The position numbers were made by a program, and so were the translations under genes. Shown piece after piece: positions 17,392 to 25,756 of a stretch of 50,524 nt of DNA. The first letter of the stretch is position 1, and every line of letters starts with the position of its first letter. The DNA comes from Parcubacteria group bacterium Licking1014_17 (GTDB lineage: Bacteria; Patescibacteriota; Minisyncoccia; 2-02-FULL-40-12; IGHO2-01-FULL-4-A). The stretch is from assembly GCA_007376485.1 (NCBI GenBank), contig VMGJ01000005.1:1-50524 (forward strand). Reading direction: 5' to 3'. The notes below the pieces were generated by a model. The model was not told the DNA's origin, searched no databases, and was given only the letters and a program-made list of their open reading frames with translations.

Positions 17392-19239
17392 ATGGAAAAA
17401 CACTCTCTACATATTAAGAATCCGGAACTTCAAACTTCATCCGAAGTTGAGCGGGCGGTGAAGCGCAAAGAACGGCACACCGGCGAGAAAATACCCAACA
17501 ATCCAAGGGAACGAATTGAGGCGTATATGGGCCGCCTGGGTAATATTTTCCTCAATCCGGATAAACGGAAGCATGAACGTAATATGGAAATGTTCCGTGA
17601 TAAGATATACGACGCTTTAATAATCAAGCCAGAACAAGTGCCCGAGTCATATTTTGAACTTCAAAAACGGGCGGCCAGGGAAAGAGGTCAAACCGTAGAA
17701 GAAATACCGCAAAATATCAGAGATCAAATGATTGAGACCGTAATTGCCGACCAGAAGCACTCCTTGGATCAATGGGTTGATTATCTAACATCGGATGATG
17801 TCGCGTATCCGGCGTGGTTTAAATATTTTGTATGGAGAAACGTTATTAAGCTTAGCCAGTTTGATAAGACGCTTGGAAAATTCAAAACAAGAACAGAATC
17901 CACGGTCGCTCCCTATCCGGATATATATCGTGCACCGCTCGCGAAAATCCTTGATATATATGAAAGAGCCGTTGAGGACAAGACTAAGCTGAAAGACCCT
18001 ACCGTTCAAGCGGATTTTTCCAAGCGGTTCTCAAAACTCTACGCGGAACTTATATCAGAATCTTTGGCTGTTAAAATTGAAAGCAGAGAGCAAATCGGGG
18101 GGAAGTGGGTCAAATACGACAAAGGCAACCAAGAAGAAGCCGATAAACTTTTTGATTCCGTGCAAGCCAAAGGCACCGGCTGGTGTATAGAAGGCCAAAC
18201 CACTGCCCGGAATTATATAAAACAGGGGGACTTTTATGTTTACTACACATACGACAAAGACAATAATCCCATTCAACCCCGCATCGCCATTCAAATGAAC
18301 GGTTCGCAGATTGGCCAGATTCGGGGGATTCAGGAGCATCAAGAATTAGAACCGATTATGTCCGAAGTTTTGGAAGATAAACTGGAGGAATTCGGTCCCG
18401 AAGCTGACAGTTACAAAAAGAAAAATGCCGATATGAAAAAAATGACTGAAATTGAAAAGAAAACCAAGTCGGACAAGATACTCGCCAAAGACGACCTTAC
18501 ATTCCTCTATGAGATTGACTCTCCCATCAAAGGTTTTGGCTACGAAAAAGACCCCCGCATCGCCGAATTGAAAAAAAACAGAAACCCTGAAGAAGATATA
18601 CTCGTGATCTTTGACTGTGCCCGCGAACAAATCGCGCATACTTCGCGAGACATTAATGAAAATACAAAAGTGTTTGTGGGCAAACTTGAGCCAGGCATTT
18701 TTGACGCCATCCAGCAATACAACATCGAACACGTCTATACCTCCTTCCCTGAAGGCGAGATAAGAAAAGAGACCATCACAATCGGCGGTAAAACATGGCA
18801 AGAACTTGAAAAAGAAATGAGAGCAAGGAATATTAAAATTGGCGACTACGCTCTCGACATGATGAAAAGTAAAGAATTCAAAACTCTTGAGCAAGCCGAG
18901 GTTGGCGATTATGTTCGCCTCAAAGTTGATAGTCTTGGCTTACAGGGTACTCCTACCACTGATCAGATTTATGCGAGGGCAAATGAATTGGGCTTAGATC
19001 TTTGTCCTACCGAGGTTGGCCCTCATTACAGATTGCAATACATGAATCAGCCGTTGGGCGAATATTTCTGTATTGCAATGAAACAGATAGCGGCTCGCGA
19101 CGGCTACCCGTACGTCTTCAGCGTCTACCGCGGTGTGGACGGCCTGTGGCTCAGCTACGATTGGGCCGAGCCGGCCTACCAGTGGCGTCAGGGCAACGGG
19201 TTTGTCTTCCGTCTTCGCAAGAAAAACTTAAAATCTTAG
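17392..19239 (+). CDS. DGR target (variable) protein: large uncharacterised N-terminal region plus a C-terminal VR-bearing domain
   Basis: 615 aa with no obvious signal peptide or TM segment. The last ~45 codons form the VR (DGYPYVFSVYRGVDGLWLSYDWAEPAYQWRQGNGFVFRLR). Confidence 0.85.
   Translation: MEKHSLHIKNPELQTSSEVERAVKRKERHTGEKIPNNPRERIEAYMGRLGNIFLNPDKRKHERNMEMFRDKIYDALIIKPEQVPESYFELQKRAARERGQTVEEIPQNIRDQMIETVIADQKHSLDQWVDYLTSDDVAYPAWFKYFVWRNVIKLSQFDKTLGKFKTRTESTVAPYPDIYRAPLAKILDIYERAVEDKTKLKDPTVQADFSKRFSKLYAELISESLAVKIESREQIGGKWVKYDKGNQEEADKLFDSVQAKGTGWCIEGQTTARNYIKQGDFYVYYTYDKDNNPIQPRIAIQMNGSQIGQIRGIQEHQELEPIMSEVLEDKLEEFGPEADSYKKKNADMKKMTEIEKKTKSDKILAKDDLTFLYEIDSPIKGFGYEKDPRIAELKKNRNPEEDILVIFDCAREQIAHTSRDINENTKVFVGKLEPGIFDAIQQYNIEHVYTSFPEGEIRKETITIGGKTWQELEKEMRARNIKIGDYALDMMKSKEFKTLEQAEVGDYVRLKVDSLGLQGTPTTDQIYARANELGLDLCPTEVGPHYRLQYMNQPLGEYFCIAMKQIAARDGYPYVFSVYRGVDGLWLSYDWAEPAYQWRQGNGFVFRLRKKNLKS
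19086..19220 (+). repeat. DGR variable region (VR)
   Basis: Gapless alignment to 19553..19687 (offset +467). There are 19 internal substitutions, all at TR adenines. The invariant 3' block is gtttgtcttccgtcttcg. Confidence 0.9.
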
Positions 19240-19552
19240 TTGCTTTTCCGTTCTTGCTTGCGCTTTAAATCTTTTTCTCTTTGATACTTTGGTTTCTCCG
19301 GCACAAATTTTTTGCTATGCTGGTTTTGGATTGGTTGTATCGAACGGGTGCGCCTTTTCGAAACCATTCTGGCGAATGCAGGTTGAGAGTCCGCCCGGCT
19401 ACGGCTTGGCGGAGAGGACTTGCTTTTCGTCATTCAAAAAAGAAACACTTGGTATGATGCACTGGCGGATTTTCGATCCCAAGTAATATACAGCCTGAAA
19501 TCTTCCGCCAGAGGCGGATTATGCAGGCAGTGCCACGGATGGTGCTCCATAC

Positions 19553-19687
19553 AATAACGGATCGCGACGGCAACCCGAACGTCTTCAACGTCAACCGCAA
19601 TGAGGACGGCCTGTGGCTCAACAACGATTGGGCCAAGCCGGACAACCAGTGGAATCAGGACAACGAGTTTGTCTTCCGTCTTCGAAA
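19553..19687 (+). repeat. DGR template region (TR)
   Basis: This is the A-rich cognate of the VR, with AAC/AAT codons where the VR varies (NPN, NVN, NN, DN, NQDN). It is non-coding in context; the 19521..19916 ORF is a by-product. Confidence 0.9.
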
Positions 19688-19704
19688 TTATTTCTTTTCC
19701 GCAC

Positions 19705-20028
19705 TCATAGGGTGCGGTTTTTCTTCCCCGGGTTGTCCAGGCTACCCTTCCAGCCACCGAACATTTTGCCGATTTCTTCCAGCTTTATGGCGACTTCTTC
19801 ATAGTGTTGGTTGGATATTAATTTACCGCTCCATGCGACTGAAATTAAAAAAGTTAGTGTATCGCGAACGAAAATACACTCCGATATTTTTAAGACTTTC
19901 TGTTCCTTTGGGGTAAAATATGCGGTATATGTTAGTTCTAAGAGGTCAAGAAATTTATTTTCAATTCGTGCGCCGATTGTACGGCGGGCGCCCTTGGCTA
20001 TATGCGGAATAATACTCATCCACAACAA
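19705..20028 (-). CDS. avd: Avd-like DGR accessory variability determinant (four-helix-bundle type)
   Basis: About 105 aa, basic. The pattern IPHIAKGARRTIGARIENKFLDLL...LISVAW...AIKLEEIGKMFGGW parallels Bordetella phage Avd (…IAEVGRILGSW). It starts at TTG 20028 or ATG 20019. It is on the opposite strand to the TR and RT. Confidence 0.7.
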   Translation of the reverse strand: MLWMSIIPHIAKGARRTIGARIENKFLDLLELTYTAYFTPKEQKVLKISECIFVRDTLTFLISVAWSGKLISNQHYEEVAIKLEEIGKMFGGWKGSLDNPGKKNRTL

Positions 20029-20069
20029 ATATCCCTCTTTAACTCGCTGAAGAATCGAGGTTTGATTAC

Positions 20070-20090
20070 GAGAGAGAGAGAGAGAGAGAG
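20070..20090. repeat. (GA)10 dinucleotide microsatellite
   Basis: gagagagagagagagagagag lies in the 109-nt divergent spacer between the avd and RT starts. Confidence 0.95.
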
Positions 20091-20137
20091 TAAGGGGAAC
20101 TATTCATAAGTACCAGCATATCATATCGCTAGAAAAT

Positions 20138-21079
20138 TTGCTTGAATCTTGGCGAGAATTTTTTAGGGCTAAAAAGAGGCGGGAAGATGTGGCCGCCTTC
20201 TCTTTTGCGTTTATGGATAATATTCTTTCTTTACACCATGAGCTTGTCGAGAAAACATATAAGCACGGCGGCTACCACACATTTAAAATCAACGACCCAA
20301 AGCCGAGAGAAATTCACAAAGCAAGTGTCCGTGATCGCCTTGTACACCATGCCGTTTTTAGAATTTTATCCCCTTATTTTGAGCGACAATTTATTTTCGA
20401 TTCATATTCCTCACGCTTAGGTAAGGGCACCCACAAGGCCATAAATCGCCTACGTAGCTTCATCGGAAAAGTTTCCAAAAATCACACAAAAACAGCATGG
20501 ATCTTAAAATGCGACATTAAAAAATTTTTTGCAAGCATTGATCATGGCATACTTAAGACAATTTTGGCTGAATATATTTGCGACAAAAATATATTATGGT
20601 TATTGGCGCAAATCATTGATAGTTTCCATACCAAAGAAAAGCCCGGGACTGGATTACCACTTGGGAATCTCACGAGTCAATTGTTCGTGAACGTATATAT
20701 GAACATATTTGATCAATTCGCGAAACGAAAACTGAGAGCACGGCACTATATCCGTTTTGCCGACGATTTTGTGATTGTGCACAGAAATAAAAAACACCTA
20801 GAAAATTTTATTACTAAAATATCTGAATTTTTAGGGAATCGTTTGAAACTCTCGCCTCATCCAAATAAGGTTTCCATAAGGACCATTACTTCAGGAGTTG
20901 ATTTTCTTGGCTGGGTACATTTTCCAAAATATCGGGTATTACGGACATCTACAAAACGGCGTATATTTAAGCGGCTCAAGAAAAATCGGAATAATGCCAG
21001 TGTGCAATCATACCTTGGACTAATGCGGCACGGGAATACTTATAAATTAAGGAAGAAAACGCAAATCACTAATAGCTAA
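20138..21079 (+). CDS. DGR reverse transcriptase
   Basis: 313 aa with PREIHKASVRDRLVHHA (motifs 1-2), DIKKFFASIDH (motif 3), GLPLGNLTSQLFVNVYMN (the DGR-typical [I/L]GxxxSQ motif 4) and IRFADDFVIV (catalytic xADD box). TTG start. Confidence 0.9.
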   Translation: MLESWREFFRAKKRREDVAAFSFAFMDNILSLHHELVEKTYKHGGYHTFKINDPKPREIHKASVRDRLVHHAVFRILSPYFERQFIFDSYSSRLGKGTHKAINRLRSFIGKVSKNHTKTAWILKCDIKKFFASIDHGILKTILAEYICDKNILWLLAQIIDSFHTKEKPGTGLPLGNLTSQLFVNVYMNIFDQFAKRKLRARHYIRFADDFVIVHRNKKHLENFITKISEFLGNRLKLSPHPNKVSIRTITSGVDFLGWVHFPKYRVLRTSTKRRIFKRLKKNRNNASVQSYLGLMRHGNTYKLRKKTQITNS

Positions 21080-21150
21080 AGGTCTATACATTTTATTAGA
21101 CACTTCGCGGTTTTTGATTTATACTTCGTTAATTCACGCTTATTAATATC

Positions 21151-22701
21151 ATGGCTGAAAATAAAACCGCCTTTGCCGATAGCTCCGGCGAGTCAAGGCA
21201 AAAAAATCAAATGATCCGTCCCCCCATTGTGGTTATATTGGGCCATGTTGACCATGGCAAAACCACGATTTTGGATGCAATCAGAAAAACCAAAGTAGCG
21301 GAAAAAGAAGCCGGCGGGATTACCCAGCACGTGGGAGCGTATCAGGCGGAGTGCCGCGGAAAGAAAATTACTTTTCTGGATACACCCGGGCATGAAGCGT
21401 TCAGCGCCATCAGGTCGCGGGGGGCGAAAGTGGCGGACGTTGCCGTTCTGGTTGTCGCCGCCGATGAAGGCGTGAAGCCGCAGACAAAGGAAGCGATTGA
21501 AATTATCAAAGAAGCGAAAATCCCGGTTGTGGTTACCATTAACAAAATAGACAAAGAAGGCGCCAATCCGGCGCAGGCACGCCAGCAATTAGCGGAACAG
21601 GAGGTTTTTGTGGAGGACTATGGAGGCAAAGTGCCGGTGGTTGAGATTTCAGCCAGAAACGGCGAAGGAATAGACCGCCTCCTTGAAATGATTCTGCTCG
21701 TCGCCGAAATGGAAGAATTGCCGCTGAAGCTGGGTATGCCGGCGGAGGGCTATGTGATTGAATCGCATTTAGATAACCGCCGCGGCGTCGTGGCGACGCT
21801 GATAATCCTTCAGGGTGAATTGAATGTTTCGGATTGGATTGTCGCCGGCAACGCCATCGCCAGAGCGAAATTAATTGAAGATTTTACCGGCAAAGCGATA
21901 AAATCCACAAATCCGTCACAGCCGTGCGTTGTGCTTGGCTGGGAATCAGCGCCGGATATCGGGCAAAAGTTTCTTGTTGTTGCCAGCCGGGACGAAGCGG
22001 CAAAAATACTGGAATCCCAGAAAGGAAACGGGCACACGGCTTTATTTATTGAAGATGCTCAGCCGACAGGCAAGAAAATCGCCAACCTCGTGGTTAAAAG
22101 CGACGTCCAAAGTTCGTTAGAAGCCATAGACAAATCTTTAAGAACCATAAAATCCGAAGAAGTGGCTTACAAAGTTGTCGACTATGGCGTCGGGAAAATC
22201 ACGGATAACGACATCCGAAACGCTAGGTCAATGGGCGCGGCGATAATCGGCTTTCATGTGCCGGTTGAAAAATCAACACTGCAGCTGGCGGAACGCGAAA
22301 AAGTGAAAATCCAGACCTTTGATATTATTTATGAATTAATTGAAGCGGTGCGGGATGTAATGTCCGATTTGCTTGAGCCGGAAATCAAACGGGAAGATAT
22401 CGGCAAAATGAAAGTTTTGGCGACTTTCGGCGGAACTCCCAAATCGCAAATCGTCGGCGGGAAAATAATCCAAGGAAAGATTGCGCGCGGAGCGCAAGTA
22501 TCAGCCATAAGAAACGGCCAGCTTCTCGTTCAGGGCAAAGTCGGACAGCTGCAAACGGGCAAACAGGATGTCGCGGAGGCGGCGGAAGGGTTGGAAGCCG
22601 GCATCCGGTTTGACATCCAGAACGGCGCGGATACTCCCCTCGTCAAGGAAGGAGACCTGCTGGAAATATTTATCGAAGAAAAAATTAAGAGGAAAGTTTA
22701 G
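21151..22701 (+). CDS. infB: Translation initiation factor IF-2 (short form)
   Basis: [24 protein letters not shown] and NKIDK, with C-terminal beta-barrel domains. Only ~20 aa precede the G domain. Confidence 0.92.
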   Translation: MAENKTAFADSSGESRQKNQMIRPPIVVILGHVDHGKTTILDAIRKTKVAEKEAGGITQHVGAYQAECRGKKITFLDTPGHEAFSAIRSRGAKVADVAVLVVAADEGVKPQTKEAIEIIKEAKIPVVVTINKIDKEGANPAQARQQLAEQEVFVEDYGGKVPVVEISARNGEGIDRLLEMILLVAEMEELPLKLGMPAEGYVIESHLDNRRGVVATLIILQGELNVSDWIVAGNAIARAKLIEDFTGKAIKSTNPSQPCVVLGWESAPDIGQKFLVVASRDEAAKILESQKGNGHTALFIEDAQPTGKKIANLVVKSDVQSSLEAIDKSLRTIKSEEVAYKVVDYGVGKITDNDIRNARSMGAAIIGFHVPVEKSTLQLAEREKVKIQTFDIIYELIEAVRDVMSDLLEPEIKREDIGKMKVLATFGGTPKSQIVGGKIIQGKIARGAQVSAIRNGQLLVQGKVGQLQTGKQDVAEAAEGLEAGIRFDIQNGADTPLVKEGDLLEIFIEEKIKRKV

Positions 22702-22703
22702 TT

Positions 22704-23033
22704 ATGACGGAAAGATTGCCAAAAGTGAATGAGCTCTTGCGAAAAGAAGTCGGGGCGGCTTTGAAGTCCGAAATCAGCACGGACGCGGTCGTGACCGTCA
22801 CCCGGGCTGAAGTTTCAAGAACTATGGAACACGCGACCGTCTGGGTGTCGGTGTTTCCGGAAGATAAAGCCGAAGAGGTTTTGAATAAAATAAAAGCCGA
22901 TATTTATCAGATTCAGCAGATAATCAACAAGCGGCTTTTTATGAGAATCGTGCCCAAGATAAGATTTGAGATTGATAAATCTATGGAGAAAGTTACCAAG
23001 GTAGAAGAAGTTTTAGAAAAGACTCAAAAATAA
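22704..23033 (+). CDS. rbfA: Ribosome-binding factor A
   Basis: 109 aa with RLPKVNELLRKEVG...VTVTRAEVSRTMEHATVWVS. It sits in the conserved position after infB. Confidence 0.85.
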   Translation: MTERLPKVNELLRKEVGAALKSEISTDAVVTVTRAEVSRTMEHATVWVSVFPEDKAEEVLNKIKADIYQIQQIINKRLFMRIVPKIRFEIDKSMEKVTKVEEVLEKTQK

Positions 23034-23070
23034 ATTTGCAGTGCAAAGCATTACCACTTATAATTAGGTA

Positions 23071-23778
23071 ATGGGTGTCAAATATAAGGTAAATGAAGCC
23101 TTTTTTAATCGGTGGGATCCTACAATGGCCTATGTTCTTGGCTATCTTTATGCCGACGGAAGTCTCGAAGATGCTTCTTATTTGCGGGGTAAATATTTGC
23201 GAGTAACAAGCGTAGATAGGGACTCTATTGTGAGGATTCGAAAGTGGTTAGAATCAGAGCATACCATAGTAGTTTCAAAACCGCCGATTGGGAGAATTAG
23301 GTACCTTTTAAGAATAGGTAGCCATAAAATTTACGACTCCCTTACGAAACTTGGTCTTTATCCAAATAAATCATTGACTATTAAATTTCCTGCGATACCG
23401 GATAAATATTTAAGTGATTTTGTACGCGGATATATGGATGGGGATGGCTGTGTTTCGTTATATACAAAAAAGGGTAAGAAAAAAGACGTAATTGTGAAAA
23501 AACTTAGTGTCATCTTTACGTCAGGAAGTTTTGATTTTCTTAGTTCTTTATGCGAGATATTGCGGAGAAAACTTCAACTAGATCAGGGGAACGTGTACAA
23601 ATGTCAAAGATGCTTCCAACTTCGGTATTCTACAAATGATAGCATCAAATTATTTCCTTTCTTATACCGCAAAAATCTTAAAGATTTATTTTTCAAGAGG
23701 AAATTTGTAGTTTTCAGTAAGTATTTTAAATTAAGACCGCAGCGTATTGAACCCTGTATGCGTTCCCTGTTAAGATGA
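23071..23778 (+). CDS. Double-motif LAGLIDADG homing-endonuclease-family protein
   Basis: MAYVLGYLYADGSL and FVRGYMDGDGCVS. It is a paralogue of 48496..49185. Its stop lies 7 nt before tRNA-Cys. Confidence 0.8.
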   Translation: MGVKYKVNEAFFNRWDPTMAYVLGYLYADGSLEDASYLRGKYLRVTSVDRDSIVRIRKWLESEHTIVVSKPPIGRIRYLLRIGSHKIYDSLTKLGLYPNKSLTIKFPAIPDKYLSDFVRGYMDGDGCVSLYTKKGKKKDVIVKKLSVIFTSGSFDFLSSLCEILRRKLQLDQGNVYKCQRCFQLRYSTNDSIKLFPFLYRKNLKDLFFKRKFVVFSKYFKLRPQRIEPCMRSLLR

Positions 23779-23785
23779 CAATCGT

Positions 23786-23857
23786 GGCGCCGTAGCCAAG
23801 TGGAAAGGCGTTTCTCTGCAAAAGAAATATACGGGAGTTCGATTCTCCCCGGCGCCT
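23786..23857 (+). tRNA. tRNA-Cys (GCA)
   Basis: Manual cloverleaf: acceptor GGCGCCG/CGGCGCC, anticodon arm TTTCT-CTGCAAA-AGAAA, T arm GGGAG-TTCGATT-CTCCC. Confidence 0.9.
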
Positions 23858-24039
23858 CAGGTTTAAAAATTTGCAGAAATATAGTTTTTCGCAGACGTTA
23901 GATTTCCCAGCGTGAAATCTAACTTGATGCTCGGCGGTTTTTAGTTTTTGTTTTCGGGGATATTTTAACAAAAACTAACCGTGCAAAATCGCCTCGCAAC
24001 ACTGCTCAAAACTATATTTCTTCCGAGTTTAAGCACTAT

Positions 24040-24122
24040 GCCTGGGTGGCGGAATGGTATACGCGAAGGACTTAAAATCCTTTGCCCGCAAGGGCTTGTG
24101 GGTCCGAGTCCCACCCCAGGCA
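24040..24122 (+). tRNA. tRNA-Leu (UAA), class II
   Basis: Acceptor GCCTGGG/CCCAGGC, D arm GCG/CGC, anticodon arm AAGGA-CTTAAAA-TCCTT, a long variable arm, and T arm GTGGG-TCCGAGT-CCCAC (unusual C at position 55). Confidence 0.85.
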
Positions 24123-24124
24123 CA

Positions 24125-25099
24125 ATGAACGCCGCAGATATTAAAATTCCACGAGACGTCAAAGCATATAGTGAAGACGGCCGGCCGGCCATCGGTGAGC
24201 TTTACGCTGCCTATCTTGAACTTGGCAATTCGCCGGGTTTTGTTGTTGAAAAAATTTACGACCGAATATATAGCGAGCCGGAAAAAACTTTGCCGGTAAT
24301 CGCCGTAAAAACCTTAGAAGCCGGAAAATCTATTTGGGTGATTTCTGGAATTCATGGTGAAGAGCCGGCGGGGCCAGTTGCCATCGCCCGGAACATAAAA
24401 ATATTCATTGAACTGGCTAAAAAAGGAATCCCCCTGATTGTTTTGCCCTTGTGCAATCCGGCGGGTTACGCCAGAAATTGGCGTTATTTATTTGATAAAA
24501 AAAATTACGATAAGGGCAGGAGCATCGGTGACAGCGACCATTTAATACCAGACGAGAAAAATTCATCAATGCCGCATCTGCCGGAACCATCCAATCATGA
24601 CTCGGAGATTTTTACGGAGTGGATTGTTAAAACAGCTTCGGTTTATCCACCGCTCATAGTGATTGATTTACACGAAGATGACCCGGAAACAATTTTGGAT
24701 CCTACCGAATCACTCAGATTTCCCCACTCAACATATGTTTATTCCCATGGCGAACTCGGCGCCGGTGACCCGATTGCCAAGGAAATAGTGAAAATACTCA
24801 AAAAAAATAATCACAAACTGGCGCCGGATGGCGCAGAAACCAGGTTTGGAGAAAAGATTGTCGGTGGCATTATATCAGGCGCCAAAGATTATTCAGTTGA
24901 CCATCTGTTGTCGTCAAGGGAAATTTTCTATAAGGGCAAAAAAATTGCCGGGCCGTCGGCTAAAAGCGTGGTAGTGGTTGAAACACTGACCGAAGGTCCC
25001 GGCATGAGCTTTGAAAATAGAATCAAAACCCATGGAGAGATTTTAGACTCCTTGGAGAGGTTTTGGGGGATGGCAGGGGGTCAAGCTATTAAACCATAA
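24125..25099 (+). CDS. M14-like zinc carboxypeptidase / succinylglutamate-desuccinylase-aspartoacylase-like hydrolase
   Basis: The ORF 23981..25099 is trimmed to the ATG at 24125 because its upstream part overlaps tRNA-Leu. Zn-ligand-like motifs VISGIHGEEPAG and DLHEDD are present. Confidence 0.55.
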   Translation: MNAADIKIPRDVKAYSEDGRPAIGELYAAYLELGNSPGFVVEKIYDRIYSEPEKTLPVIAVKTLEAGKSIWVISGIHGEEPAGPVAIARNIKIFIELAKKGIPLIVLPLCNPAGYARNWRYLFDKKNYDKGRSIGDSDHLIPDEKNSSMPHLPEPSNHDSEIFTEWIVKTASVYPPLIVIDLHEDDPETILDPTESLRFPHSTYVYSHGELGAGDPIAKEIVKILKKNNHKLAPDGAETRFGEKIVGGIISGAKDYSVDHLLSSREIFYKGKKIAGPSAKSVVVVETLTEGPGMSFENRIKTHGEILDSLERFWGMAGGQAIKP

Positions 25100-25184
25100 T
25101 AATTTTTGACTTATAACCTTCTTTATGGTATTAGTTTAATGGGATAGGTATGGTTAGTATTTGACTCGAAGGGGGGGTGAAAAC

Positions 25185-25451
25185 GTGGAGGCGGTGCATA
25201 CAATAATAAGTTGTTGCACTTGTACCTTGAAGTGTTGCGCACTTGCTGGTACCGCGGGGGTCTTTTTGTACATCGTTGTGGAGGCAGCTGTAAATGCCAT
25301 AACAAAAAGAAACACAGAAACACTTTCCACGGTCGGCAGGTGTGGGTTAGCTATAATTGTGGGGACGGCGATATGCGCGATATTTGTTGCCACGTTTTAT
25401 CTCGTATTCTCACAGCTGACCTACACGAGAGTCATCTTTGTGATGAGCTAA
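25185..25451 (+). CDS. Possible small Cys-rich two-TM membrane protein
   Basis: GTG at 25185 is preceded by the G-rich SD ggggggg (25171-25177). The sequence reads MEAVHTIISCCTCTLKCCALAGTAG..., followed by two hydrophobic helices. No homology was recognised. Confidence 0.3.
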   Translation: MEAVHTIISCCTCTLKCCALAGTAGVFLYIVVEAAVNAITKRNTETLSTVGRCGLAIIVGTAICAIFVATFYLVFSQLTYTRVIFVMS

Positions 25452-25502
25452 TGGTGCATCATGACACGCGACACCAGGCCTGGTTATGCCAGGCCGCTTT
25501 TA

Positions 25503-25529
25503 TTGAAATTGAATGCTAAGAGGTATAAT
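25503..25529 (+). promoter_or_regulatory. Candidate promoter for the tRNA-Ser transcript
   Basis: TTGAAA at 25503-25508, a 15-nt spacer and TATAAT at 25524-25529. The predicted start lies just before the tRNA-like fragment at 25539. Confidence 0.4.
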
Positions 25530-25587
25530 TTAATTACTGGAAGCGTGCCAGAGTGGTTGAATGGGCATGACTCGTCCCGAATAAGGC

Positions 25588-25674
25588 GGAGGGTTGGCAG
25601 AGTGGTCTATCGCGCCGCACTCGAAATGCGGTTGGGGAGAAATCCCCTCGCAGGTTCAAATCCTGCACCCTCCG
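25588..25674 (+). tRNA. tRNA-Ser (CGA), class II
   Basis: Acceptor GGAGGGT/ACCCTCC, anticodon arm CCGCA-CTCGAAA-TGCGG, a long variable arm, T arm GCAGG-TTCAAAT-CCTGC and discriminator G. Confidence 0.88.
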
Positions 25675-25756
25675 CCTTGAACGGGATTGGAAAAATGCGG
25701 TATATCCGAAGGGGCACCGCATTTATTGTTTCCCCTCTTTTTGTTATCATAATCCT

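Noticed and set aside
19236-19433. A basic 65-aa minus-strand ORF between the VR and the TR.
   Set aside because: It has no RBS, its composition is low-complexity Lys/Arg/Ser, and it lies in the DGR VR-TR spacer. It is most likely non-coding.
19521-19916. A 131-aa plus-strand ORF whose product resembles the C-terminus of the 17392..19239 protein.
   Set aside because: The similarity arises because the ORF spans the DGR template region. It has no RBS, it runs antisense through avd, and TR regions are non-coding RNA templates.
20070-20090. The (GA)10 tract, or the tandem GC-rich units in leuS, might be CRISPR-like arrays.
   Set aside because: There is no repeat-spacer periodicity. One is a dinucleotide microsatellite and the others are 30-40-nt elements embedded in coding sequence. 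No cas genes are present in the window.
20138-21079. The reverse transcriptase might belong to a group II intron or a retron.
   Set aside because: A cognate VR/TR pair with A-only mismatches and an Avd-like gene are adjacent. The protein is short (313 aa), has no maturase (X) or endonuclease domain, and carries the DGR-typical LGNLTSQ motif. No intron domain V/VI-like RNA or msr/msd-type repeats were seen.
23981-24124. An N-terminal extension of the 23981..25099 ORF.
   Set aside because: It overlaps the well-formed tRNA-Leu(UAA) at 24040..24122 on the same strand. The CDS was trimmed to the ATG at 24125.
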